Assembly (NCBI GenBank): GCA_028534125.1
Contig: CM052816.1
Location: forward strand, 66,714,001-66,778,000
From: Lama glama
Lineage: Eukaryota
Reading direction: 5' to 3'
Length of the DNA stretch: 64,000 nt
Shown here: positions 26,681 through 39,134 of the stretch, piece after piece
Layout of the letters: every line of letters begins with the position of its first letter
Numbering within the stretch: the stretch's first letter is position 1
Notes under the pieces: model-generated
Told to the model about the DNA's origin: nothing
What the model saw: only the letters and a program-made list of their open reading frames with translations
Database searches by the model: none
Made by a program: the position numbers and the translations under genes

Positions 26681-28469
26681 CGTTGTCTGTGTAATGAGAC
26701 CACATGGCTGAAGTATCATCACTGAAGATGCATTGCTAAGACTATTTCGTGTGCCAAACGCCAACCAAAATATTTTCTCCGTGAACCTCAATCTCATGCC
26801 CTGAAAGGACATTGAAAATAATTTATCATCTCTTGAAAAGATGACGTGAACACCTTCAATCCTTTACCCTGTCAGTTAGCGGTCATATTTTTTCATGATA
26901 TACAAGGAAGCCCTTCTCACAAGTACAGAAATGACTGTAGCAGCATGTGTTTAAAAGGGTGTGAAAGTATGTACTGTTCTCTGAATGGTAAACTCACATA
27001 TTAGGGTGAATTTATTTTGCCTCCTGGGTCAGTGTAATTGCCTATCGATTCTTGGGAAGGCAAAAAAAAAAAAAAGTGACATTCGCAACATTTGTTCTTT
27101 ACCTTCTGAACAGAATTACAGCTTAAATGGAAAAGTGACAGTTTTTTCAGTTAGCACCTTTCAGAGACAGGGCCAAGACTTTTCCTAATTATTTGTGCAT
27201 AATTGGTACTCAGTAAACATTATTGCTCTCGCTCAAAATTGCATTCAAAATTGCAAAATTATGTTCTAAGATCAAGGGCATCAGTGTGGGGCAGTTTTCA
27301 AAACTATGTAAGACATCTTGATACGCTGTGAAGTACCCACAGAGAAATCAAAGCTATGTCTCTACTGAGTTTGACGTTGCTCCTACCTTAACAATAAATA
27401 TTAAGCTAAATAATGGTTTCTTTGCCTTCTTAGAATTGAGAAAGGCACTGGACTTTGTTTTGAATGGATCTGTTTTCTTAATGAGAAAGAGAGGGAGAGT
27501 GGGAGAGAATGAGAGATTGGAAGAAAGAAAGAATGAAGGAAAGACAAAGAAAAATAAGACACCTAGGATGTCAGAAATGAAGCTTCCCCCGTACACTACT
27601 GGTAAATGTCTTTGTATCAAGTGAAGACTTTGACAAAAACACTGTTGACCTCAGAACTGTGTTACACTTGGGAATCACGCTTTTCAAAACAGCTTTGTAA
27701 CATCCAATGAAAGCTTTATTAAAGATGTCAGTTATGAAGAATTGAGTGATTATTCATTTGATTCTCTACCTCTTTTCTATTATTTTAATTTGATTTGTAT
27801 ATATTTCTATAGAACTTCTAGGAAACACCTTATTCACACTTTTAAAAGTGATATGAAAGTAACTGTTAACAAGGTCTAAGCGTATCAAGCACCCAAGTCA
27901 CTGAATAATGTAGTCATCATAACTCCTCAGTACAGTATTTAAAATCAGAGTATAATCGTAGAACTCTACTCCAGAACTCCAAATTAAAAGTTAACTTCAT
28001 TTTGGAATACAATATTTAATGAAAAAAAATTTTAAAAAGATGTATATAACTTATTCAAAGTATTCAAATATGCCTATGAAAATTGTATTCCTTAGTGAAG
28101 TTTTTTTTTTTTAACTATGAAGCATTTTGGGGCCATGAAGTGTTTTGTGACAACTTCTTTGGGATATTCATATCAGATGAATCTGGCAGCCACACAATGA
28201 TCTTGGGCCTTGCTAGTCAAATGTGGTCCATGAACCCATGCCTCTTGTCTGTGATTCTGCTACTGGGCTGCAACAAGATCATCAGCAGCTTGACCACAAT
28301 GTAAAGTAATGATTCCAGTAGACTGACTTCTTGTTTAATGGCATAGCTTTCCCAATAAAGGAAGCAGAGCTATGAATTTACATTCTCTCTTATCTCTGTA
28401 GGGACCACTGCTTATGGACTAGCCACAATGAGTGACAGAGCTCTAATCACATTTTAAGTACAAGACATT

Positions 28470-28730
28470 CTAGTGTGATGCTTAAAATCTTGAGTTCTGT
28501 AGGCGAACCTGAGTCTGAAATCCCAGCCTTGTAATTCAGTCATCAAATAACCCTGAACGAACTGCTCAACATCCTCAATCCACTTTTCTTATCTACAAAA
28601 ATTGGGGTAGACCTGTCTCATAGATATTGGGGATGACTAAGACTAAACTCAATACCATAACATGCTTAGCACAAAATCTAGCATATATTAAGAGCTCAGC
28701 TCAAAGTGTGCTATGTTATTAGTTGTTACA
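28470..28730 (+). mobile_element. MIR SINE
   Basis: 'gaacctgagtctgaaatcccagcc...tttcttatctacaaaaattgggg...atgcttagcacaaaatctagcatat'. Confidence 0.7.
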
Positions 28731-29859
28731 CGATTGAGGGAATGACTATAACTTTGCTTGCTTCCATGCATATGTGACTAACAACCAAATACACTTGACA
28801 ATTTCAGACCAGTTTGGATGAAAGTTCCCCCAAGTAGCAATACACAATATTGACTAAATGCCTGAAAGGCTACACCTGGCATAAAAATGGTCCCTTCTGA
28901 CAGAAGGAAATGGATGCCTATCCCAGAGACAGCAGGCATGGTGGAATGAACAAGATAGAGGACAGGGCATAGCATTTGATGTCAGAACATCTGGGGATGA
29001 ATCCTGACCCTAACTTTCAGAGGCTGCTTTACCTCGAGGTAAATGAGGCCTTAAATGAGAAAGTACACATGTATACAAATATACATGACATACCGACATT
29101 GCACAGTGCTTCATGCAGAAGATTTTGTTTATTCAGTAATCACTAATTTTGTGACATAGTAGACTGGGATATCTGCAGAAATTTTAAATTCTGGAATCAG
29201 GTGGTCCAAATATTTTAGTCAACATTTGCATTTATATCCTCTTACTCTCCACCACTGATTTTACTAGCCTTACCAAATCATTAATAAATAAGGGAAGCCC
29301 TCAAAGTTCTGCCGTACCTAGAATGCTTTGAGTTGTATTAATAGTCTGTAGACCATTGACAAGCCCAGTTAATCCCAATAGGACTCATGCCATGTCTATG
29401 TAGCCACTGCCAATTTTCTAGTACTTATTAAGTGGCACAGTTTCAGGCAAAGATGGTAAAAGAATCTGAATCAGAAAGCAAGCATTAACTGGGGGTTTTC
29501 TTATCTCTGTTTATATACTCAGCCTGCAGCCCAGGTTCTGCATAGACCAGAAGGCGAAGGAAGACTGTCATTAATTTCTTTGTCCCAAACCCAATTTTAT
29601 GGAAATTTTTGGAATACCAATGAATTATCAAGTCCTGCATAGAACTATACACTGACACCTGTGCTCTGGAGTATGTTTAAAAGATGCACAGAATAAATCA
29701 CATCTATTAATACAGACACATCTCCTCAAGAAGGGTGTGAATGCAATTCTTGCAAATTCTTGTGCATGCAATGTGCAGTTGCCGTCCACGCTCCACCATC
29801 TCACAATCGTGCATGTGCCCTGATGGTGCCCAGCTAAACCTGCATTTATTCAGTTCCTT

Positions 29860-30475
29860 CCCATATTTCTTCATCTAACCATAACTGCCCCGTAATGATC
29901 TTGTCCAGCCTCCTAGATTATCTCCCTCCAATTTATCATTCCTTAGACTGTCGCAAAGGATTTTCCGAACTGCCAATCTGACTGCATCACTTCCAATTAG
30001 AATCCTTCAGTGGCTGCCCATCACCCTTAGGATAAAATCCTAACTCCTCAGCCGGATCTGGTGCCTGCCTATTTCCCTGGCCTCATCTCATATTACTCTC
30101 CTGCTTAGTATGAGTAAACTGCAGGATTTGCAACTCTTTACCTGGTCCAAGCTCTCCTTAGTCCCTCTGCCATGCTCTTCCCTCAGCTAAAAGTTTTCTT
30201 CCCTTTCTCCACATATTATTTGGTGAATTCTTATTTCATATCTACCTCATACTAGAGGCCTTCCCTGCTGGAATCCTCACACTCTTTAAGGGATCCTAAG
30301 GTACCAGGTCTTACTTCTCAAATAACTTGCAAATCCTGTAATGAAACGATCAGTGTTCATCTCTGTACCTCCCATTAAATTGTCCAATGCCCAAGGGCAG
30401 GTAGGGTTTTCTAATTCCATTGTCTGTTATAGACCTGGCTTATAGCAGGTGTTTAATAGATTATAAACTAACAAA
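29860..30475 (+). mobile_element. L2 3' fragment
   Basis: 'aatccttcagtggctgcccatcacccttaggataaaatcctaactcctcagc'; ends 'gacctggcttatagcaggtgtttaata'. Confidence 0.75.
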
Positions 30476-31599
30476 TATTCAAAGTGCTGAGCCAAAATTG
30501 CACAATTGCGTATCTGAAAAGTACCCAAGCAAAATGTAAAATATTCTCTCTGGAATCCTTACTGCTCAAAGCCTGAATTAGCCAATACTTATTCATCTTC
30601 AGGTCCAGGTGGTGTCTAAAGTGAAGGAGCAGGGTGGACAGACAGTACTTATCACCCATTTATTTGCTAGATCCTTACCCTGCATCTTAAATAGCGTTCA
30701 GGTCAACTTGGTTTCCTGGCTGTATTGTTTTACACAAGGAAGTAGACACACATGTGGGCACAACCCATAAATAGTCTGCATTATTAAATAGCCTTTTACA
30801 TTAAAGAAAAGATCACATTATTTTCCAAAGGTCATAATAATAAAAACAGTGTTCTAGTTTTCAAGCATTTAACATTATCCATTAAGTTGCATTAAGTTTT
30901 TTTTCAGTGACTCAGACTGGGAGTTTTAATTTTAACTATTGGCTTAACAGTGTCAATGTTTCAGTATTCTCAGCCTGACTTGGAGGTTAATACCTGGCCT
31001 GAGTAGTTCACTGAATAATGCTGTTTGCTACCCCCCACCTGCTGACTCCTGAGGCATCGCTAGGGACACACAGAGAGCATTTATGGAGGCTGCCTTCTGA
31101 CTTGTCTTCACAGCCGCAGGCAGATCCAAAACAATAGACAGAAACTTACAACTCAGCAGGAGTCTGGACACCAAAGGGGAGGAGGGCAAGGGCCAGTCCT
31201 TTCTGCTAGTGGCAGTCACACGCTGTTACTCCAGAGGAGCCCAGGGCTACGTGATGGCGGAAGTTTGGGGCTGGAGAGACCCAAGTGCTGATTAGCCATT
31301 ATGTGTCACCTAAGGGTGCCCCTGAGAAAGATGGATCTGTACTACTTTAAGAATCGATGGCCTTAAAGATCAGACATTTGGACTAGATAGTTTTGTCCTT
31401 AAAGAGACATGTGAGCATTTTCCAGATGCAGAATGAAGCCAGTGGTGTGTATGATTTGTTCCCTCTTACTTCTCTAATTATAGAGGACTCACATTTCCCC
31501 CCATCTTGGGTAATGTCAGGCTCATTTAGCTTTGCATTTCCTGCTCTGTGTTTCAAAAGAACAGGAAATGCACAGCATGCATCAGAAATTAAGCTATTT

Positions 31600-31735
31600 G
31601 GGGGAGGGTATGGCTCAGTGGTAGAGCACATGCTTAGCATACATGAGGTCCTGGGTTCAATTTCCAGTACCTCCATTAAAAAAAGAGAAAACAAACCCAA
31701 TTACCTTCCCCTCTTCAAAAAAAAAAAAATTGAAA
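31600..31735 (+). mobile_element. Camelid tRNA-derived SINE (Vic-1 type)
   Basis: A box TGGCTCAGTGG at 31611-31621, B-box-like GGTTCAATTTCC, A tail. Perfect 15-bp TSD AGAAATTAAGCTATT at 31584-31598 and 31736-31750. Confidence 0.96.
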
Positions 31736-33347
31736 AGAAATTAAGCTATTAATTTTCTAGATAGTACTAGGGGAGATCTACCACAATTCTCGATTTTATG
31801 TCTGAGAACATCCTGCAGGTCTCTACTACTCAAAGTAAATGGCTTCTCCTCCTGGGGCAAATCCTGTTGCTAGCTTACACATCTGTCCCGCCTCTTCTTT
31901 TCTAACTACCACAAGGAAGATCTTTCTTCTTGGTAGAAAGTCAGTTAAGAGATGTGGCTCCTAAGCAAGTTTGCTGAGAGATTTTAGATAAAGAAATGCA
32001 GTCACATTTCTCTAAAATGGAAACTTAGGCTTCCCTGGAAAAAGGTTTCAGCATTTTGCAGGCGAGCTGTTTGCTGACTGCTCATTATCATTTAGTCAAA
32101 ACCAACATCTGTCCTGGTAAAGTCATCAGGAAACCTCTTCGGCTGCTTATTAGCGTTCCTTTCTCTGCCTCATGTTTAGTGATGAGTTATATTTTTTAGA
32201 TGATCGGTATTTGTGAGGCTGGAAGATATTTGTCCTTTGAGAAATTTAAGTGGTCAGGAGCTTTCTGGTCAAGTTCTGGAAAAGCCCTGTTCCTCTGGCT
32301 TGGCCCCTCCTTAAAGGGGATACAGCCTTGCCCATTGCTTTCAGCGTGGGTCACCAGACTCTGGCTTCCATGGGAAGAGCAGGGCTGAAAAATGACCCCT
32401 TCTCTCAAATTAAAGGGTAGGGAGGCCCTCTAGGGTACCAAGTATAAAACTAAAACAAAACTGTGATATTAGCTCCTTAGCCAGCTAATTCTTTCTTTGG
32501 ACCCAGCGAAATGGAAGAGAAGGGCCAGCACTTGGACATTAGAATTCCAACGCTGAGAGGCCAAAGAAAATCTAGGGCACATATACTGGGACAGTTGCAA
32601 TATTTTTATTAGTTGCTTATAACGTGTTGTCCAAGAAGTGTTCCTGACCACTTTCATCTGAACCACTGGAAGAGGTTTGTAAAAATACCTGTTGCTGATC
32701 AGTTTCTGGGGTTGGGATAAGTGAGCAGCATTCTCTGTCATTACCCAAGAAATTCTTATGAACAATCTTTTCCCAAACCCCCTGTTTATACCATATACCA
32801 TTACATTTTTAGTTATGTAAAGTAAGCTGCTATTTCTTTCTGAGGAAGACATTTTGCAGGTTGAGGGTATGAAACACTGAGTACATTTACCTAATTCCTC
32901 TCAAAATATTAGTTTGTACCCTTTGAGGCACTGGGCAATTTTGTCTTGAGATATTTTTAAATTTTTGCTCAACTTTATGGGAAAAAACAAACTACAAAAA
33001 GCAGCTATTTATTTAAGGAGAAACTGGCAGCACTAAACTGATCTAGAACCAAAAACTTTAGAAATCACAAATAACACATTTACTGGACTGAGTTATCAGC
33101 TACCAATTAAATCCTCGAAATGGTCTCCATGTATAGATGAAGCTAATCATTGGTCTTTAGACCAATTTGAATCAATAGGACTTATCCATTTTGATATTAT
33201 ACAAACATATGTATTTGAGATTATATAGACAGTAGCAAACATTAACTATAGCAGAAGAAACAAATCAAGTATGAAATGATAAATTAAGCACTCTACTTAA
33301 ATATGGACTCTGTCTTTGATATTTAAATTTATGGGTTTTATTATGGG

Positions 33348-33434
33348 TGTACACCAGAAACTGACACATTATAACTTACTATACTTCAATTAAATAAAAT
33401 AAAAAATTTTTAAAATGGAATCATGCAATATAAA
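33348..33434 (+). mobile_element. Extreme 3' end of a camelid L1
   Basis: 'tgtacaccagaaactgacacattataacttactatacttcaattaaataaaataaaaaa' matches the L1 terminus at 1681-1735. Confidence 0.85.
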
Positions 33435-35324
33435 TAAACTTATGGTTTTTTAAAATCTTAATAGTAGGTAAGCAAAGAATAGTGAGTATTGAAAACTGAG
33501 TATCTTGTCCTCAAGTCAATTCAACTTTAAAGTTATTATCCATAAAGTGACATATGGCTTAGAGGACCACTTTTATAAGGCAAGAAAATTAAGTCATTTG
33601 GGGGGCCCTAATCTACAAAAGTTTTGACTAATGTCATCACTGTACTTTGTGTAACAGCAGGGCACATTCTGGGGCAGGCAGACTGCCCGATTCCTTTGCT
33701 TAGTATTCTGTAAGAATAAACTCCTCCACCTTGTAACATTTTTTTTTTGATAGGCAAACATTATAAACTAAGAAAGATAGTCAAATAAAAGCATGATCAG
33801 GACCAGCTAACAGCAAGAACTCCAGTCTCCAGCAACCTACTACTTGTTCTATAAGCTACCAACAATAGAACTGGTTAGTTTTGCTGATTTAATTGGTTTG
33901 TATCATATAGACACAACTGAAGTTTAAAATACTAGAACAGGGCCAACTGGATCTTAGGAAAAGTAGGAAATTACAGGAGAGGCCACTCTGGATTTTAAGT
34001 TAATATAATACATACATTGAAAAACTGTCCTTTGACTAAAAATGGTACCATATTTATGGGCATTATACATTTTAATGAATATATATACTTTAGGCATGTT
34101 GTACTTAGATTAAGAGAAACTCCCTTATTAAATATATCACCTATAGTTCAGTTTTTATCAGCACAAATTGAAGTTGATACAATGGAGAATATCCTCATAA
34201 GAGAATTATACAATTATCTAAACTCAGTAACCAGAAGAATACCCTGGAATGTGACAATTCTGAGCTTTGAGTAAAATTGTTTCAATAACAATATTGATTC
34301 AGGATTTTTATCAAAACCAGGAAAATCATGATGAAAGGGCATGTAACTTGACAAGACGTCCTTCCTTAGTGAAATATTGCCTATTTATGGTAGGTAATGA
34401 CCTATGAGGGCAGAATAAATACTGATAGGCAAATAACAGGTACACAGATTATACAGAGGTTCAAAATAAGAAATACATTCTACAAGTATTCTGTCCTCCT
34501 CTCTGTTTTCCTACCTGGGCCTAGGGAAAAAAAGGAGATTTCTCCTTTGGGAAGATAATGGAAGTTTTAGCCCTTTTCTCCATCCTTGTCCTATGGGAGA
34601 AATCGTCTATTTGAGCAATAAGGTAGGGAGAAGGAACCTAACTTAGCCCATTTTGAAGTCTTTTTATATGTGGCCTAATCTAGGATGCACTTATTTGTTT
34701 CTTGCACAGACAGTGGGCAGCTTTTAAAATCTGGAGATAAAGATTAGCAAACCCATCTGACCACAGACCCACACCTTGCTCTTAGTCTTCAGTAAACTCT
34801 TATTACTAGTGAAAGTACTATTTTTTAATCTCTGTCTGATCCCATTTTCTTCTACATTGGTTCAGAATTTGGCAGGGAAAGATGGGAGATGTATTTATTA
34901 TATTACTCCCCATCCCATCCTGTCTTCCACCTTCATCCCAAAATTCCTCATAACTGAGTTCTGGAAATTCCAGATTTTCTGCTGTGGTACTCTAGTTCAG
35001 CCTTTCCCTGATCCAAACATCCTTGCCTCCACATTCCTTAGGTTTTTGCATTCTCTACTTCTAATCTTTGTCTATTCCCTTTTCGGAAGCTCCTATGGCT
35101 AGAGTATTCTTGGGCTATATTTCTTTTAGACTCCTGAAAAAACTGCCCATACAAGCTTCATCCATACTACCTATTTGAGTAACAAACTACTGGCTTCATA
35201 AACCAAATCCTTTTCACCCTTCTCTCCTAGGTAGGGGTTTCCTCTTGTCAAAGAATCCTAGAATTATTTTTGTCACTCCTTGGTGATAAAGGATTTTTGT
35301 TAATTAATATAAAAGAGTTAAACA

Positions 35325-35679
35325 TTTAATAAGTCGAAATGAGGTCATTAGTGTGAGCATTCATACAATATGCCTGGTGTCCTTACTAAGAAAAGGAGAA
35401 ATTTAAAGACAGACGTGCGCATAGGGAGAGCACCACATGACTAAGGAGGCAGAGATCATGGCAATAGTTCTACAAGCCACGGAGAGCCAAATGTAGCCAG
35501 CAAACCACCAGAAGCTAGGGGAGAGGCCTGGAACAGTCTTCTCACAGCTCACAGAAGGAAGCAACCCTGTCAATATCTTTATCCCAGATTTTTAGCTTCT
35601 AGAACTGTGAGACAATATAGTTTGTGTATGCTACCTGGTTTATGGTACTTTGTCATGGCAACCTTAGCAAACTAATACA
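35325..35679 (+). mobile_element. MaLR LTR (MLT1B/C-like)
   Basis: 'gaggtcattagtgtg...caaaccaccagaagctaggggagaggcctggaacag...ggtactttgtcatggcaaccttagcaaactaataca'. Confidence 0.9.
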
Positions 35680-35959
35680 TGTGGACTTTAAGACTCTTAA
35701 TTGGATGATTGGTGAATAGCTGTGTTATTATATGACATTTAGTGAAAGAATTTAAATTACTTAATTTTTGATAAACTGTGGGATCCTAGAGCCAGAAAAG
35801 ACATGGAAAGAATTTCTTTTATTCTATATGTAGCCACCAATTCACTCAAATCCATCTACTGAAAATGCTGTTTATCTTTAATGTTTTTACAAAAAAGTAC
35901 AAAAATAAAAGCCATGTTTTATATGCCAATCATGTGCTTGCTATGTGCAATATATGTTA

Positions 35960-36650
35960 AGCCATTTATTTACCAAGTAAATATTGAGTGCTCAGTATAT
36001 ACCAGGCACTGGGGAGAGAGCAGAAAATAAGACAGATACAATCTGTTTTCATAGAACGTTATAGTCTAATGAAGGAATAAAATCATGAATATGCAAATAT
36101 AAAAATATATTATCACAATTGTAATAAATATTGAGAAGAAAATATTTAGTGTGATATGATGCAATAATAACAGGACCTAATTAGGACTTAGGGGTTAGGC
36201 AAGACATCCTTGAGGTTGTGACATTGAACTTGAGAAGGTTTATAGGAGTTGCCAGGTGAAAGTTTTCCAGTTCCAGAAAATGGAAAGTCTTTATAAGGTT
36301 AAAAGCAATGAGAAGATGGGATAAGATTTTTATTTTTAAGAGATAGTCTGACTGTTAAAATAATAAAAAGGTTGTAAAAGGTCAAGAATGGAAGTAGGAA
36401 TAGCACATTAGGATGCTGTCAAGGTGTCCAAACAAAGATGATGTCCTGGACAAGGATGGTGGCGACGATCACACAAAGAAAGAGGATTCCAGGTATATTT
36501 TTGAGGAAGAACCAACATGATTCTCAGCATGAGCGTGAAGGGGGAGATAAAGGAAGATTTCAAAATTCTAGTACAAGAAGGGTTGATGGAAGGCCTACCT
36601 ACTGAGATGGTAAGCACTGGAGAAGGGACAGATTTTTAAGATGAAAGTTG
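35960..36650 (-). mobile_element. L2 3' fragment
   Basis: 'aagtaaatattgagtgctcagtatataccaggcactgggg'. Confidence 0.75.
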
Positions 36651-36807
36651 TACTTCATGTTCTATTTCACCTGATCTGCACAGAAGCTCTAAAATTTAGA
36701 AATCATTATCACCTGCTTTATGAATGAAATAGCTAATTCCATGGTCTCCTTGAATAATATATTCCAAAGCTTTATATTCTCCCAGCTCTGTGACTTGTTA
36801 AAGGCCA

Positions 36808-37680
36808 AATTCATTTACTCAACATTGAGTGAGCACTAACCTTGTGTCAGGTATTCTTTAAGAATGTCTCAGGCATAGCCTTTTAATAAGGGAGACAGTA
36901 TATTCAAAAACATAAATTATAACTCAGTGTAGTGAGTACAATATGAGAGATATTCAAGGAATATTTTGGAAACTCAGGAGAATACTTATATTAGCCCAGT
37001 AGCAGAAGAGAGAATGAAAGAAAGCTTCCTAGCAAAGGGTACATCTGAGTTGATGTTTAAGTCATGCTTAGGAATTAGGTGAAAGGATCAGGGCTAGATT
37101 AGAGGGCAGAGAGACAAGGGCTTGAATAACCAGCATACGCATATGATTAATAAGATATACAAGTTTTGTAACCTGGAGGAAAAGGTAAGTGCTATACCAT
37201 GAAGATCTTTTAAGGAATGGGAAAGAGCTTGGAGTTTATCATTTAATGGATGTTAAGGGGATATTGTTGCTGTCTCAGTAGAGAAGTGGCATTGTCAAAC
37301 ATCCAGTTTTAGACATCATTCTGTTGGCTGTGTTGAAGATGGACTTGAAGGAACTAAGGCTGAAGAGAGGGAAAACAATTCAGACAAGACTACAGCAGTA
37401 CAGCAGAGAGATGATAAGAGTACCAGTTAGGTTGATGGCTCTTCATACAGAGAGAAGCAAATGAAATGGAATCTAATTAAAAGGTAAAACTGGTAGGAAA
37501 TATTAAATGTGTTAAAATTGAAGATCAAGGAAGAGGAAGGGGTTAAGGATGAACCGAGATGTCTAGCTCAGGTAGCTAAGTGGCAGTTAAAGGAAGGGCC
37601 AAATAGGAAAGAAGGCATGTATTTAGGGTCAGATTTTTTTCAGTCTGAGGTTCTAGATGAGACAGAACTAAAAGTAGATC
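36808..37680 (-). mobile_element. L2 3' fragment
   Basis: 'ttcatttactcaacattgagtgagcactaaccttgtgtcagg...ttttagacatcattctgttggctgtgttgaagatggact'. Confidence 0.7.
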
Positions 37681-38577
37681 CAAAGATTTCTAAGATTAAT
37701 GGTTTTATTTCCCCTAAAGAATAACCTAGAAAATAGTCACCTGTCCATTTTTAAGGTTCAGTCAAGACTTGTAGTGTATAAGAAAGCAGAATTTCTTTAT
37801 CATTTTTCCCCCCAAATGTATTCCTATGAGAGCAGACAGACTGGTAAAAATTCTGTAGAGGGGTAAGTTTTTGACTCTTCTGTATAAGATTGAGGGATTC
37901 CACTGTATATGACTCATCAATAAAGTCAAGAAGTTGACATATAACAGGAGCTGTCTTTATCTGTAAAAGAGAAGATATAGAGGAAAATAGACGGTTTCTT
38001 AGTTCCTTTCCCAGCAAGAAGATTGTTTGTGTGTCCTACCACTTAATTCAGCCAGGAGACAAAGATCCTTTTTCTTTATAAAAAAATGGATTGCACCTTG
38101 ATTTCACTCCTTGGTGCAGAGAAGCTCTATTTTCATAAGAAGATTCTGGAAAATAGACCACAACTCGAAGACAGATGGTCTACAAACCAGACAAATTTAT
38201 AGAATTTTGTCTTTAGAGAAGAGTTGGTACAAACTTTATGATGAACACAGTGAAAAAAAGATTTTTAAATGATGTAATTCTAAGGATAATTCTTTTTGTG
38301 CAATTACCTCCCAACACATCCAGAATGTTACTAGAAAACTACAGAATACAACTTAAAATTAAAAACAGACTGTCTCTAGAAAAATACAGAATACAATTTA
38401 AATATAAAAGTCACAAATGAGTCATTTTAAGGCATGCATTTTTATAAAGCATGGTGATTTGAAAAAACTTTACCCTATGTAAAATTGATTTACATAAAAA
38501 AGTTAAAATTGGAATATGTGATTCTAAAATCTAGAAAATAAGATATTTTCCAAATAGGGCAAGAACTTGCTGTTTTA

Positions 38578-39134
38578 TTTTACTTATTTTTAAAAAATTT
38601 TTATTGATTTATAATCATTTTACAATGTTGTGTCAAATTCCAGTGTAGAGCACAATTTTTCAGTCATACATGAAAATATATATATTCATTGAGACATTTT
38701 TTTCTCTGTGAGCTACCATAAGATTTTGTGCATATTTCCCTGTGCTATACAGTATAATCTTGTTTATCTATTCTACAATTTTGAAATCCCGTCTATCTCT
38801 TCCCACCCTCTGTCCCCTTGGCAACCACAAGTTTGTATTCTATGTCTATGAGTCTATTTCTGTTGTGTATTTATGCTTTGTTTTTGTTGTTTTTGGTTTT
38901 GGTTTTTTAGATTCCACATTTGAGCGATCTCATATGGTATTTTTCTTTCTCTTTCTGGCTTACTTCACTTAGAATGACATTCTCCAGGAGCATCCATGTT
39001 GCTGCAAATGGCATTATGTTGTCGGTTTTTATGGCTGAGTAGTATTCCATTGTATAAATATACCACAGCTTCTTTATCTAGTCATCCGTTGATGGACATT
39101 TAGGCTGTTTCCATGTCTTGGCTATTGTAAATAG
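38578..39134 (-). mobile_element. Young 5'-truncated camelid L1 (same subfamily as 16001-16167)
   Basis: Antisense ORF2 end and 3'UTR. 17-bp TSD AAGAA(C/T)TTGCTGTTTTA at 38561-38577 and 39135-39151. Confidence 0.95.

Noticed and set aside
31600..31675. tRNA gene (also at 4574 and 63120)
   Set aside because: The tRNA-like head is followed by a SINE body, A-rich tail and TSD, so these are SINEs rather than tRNA genes.
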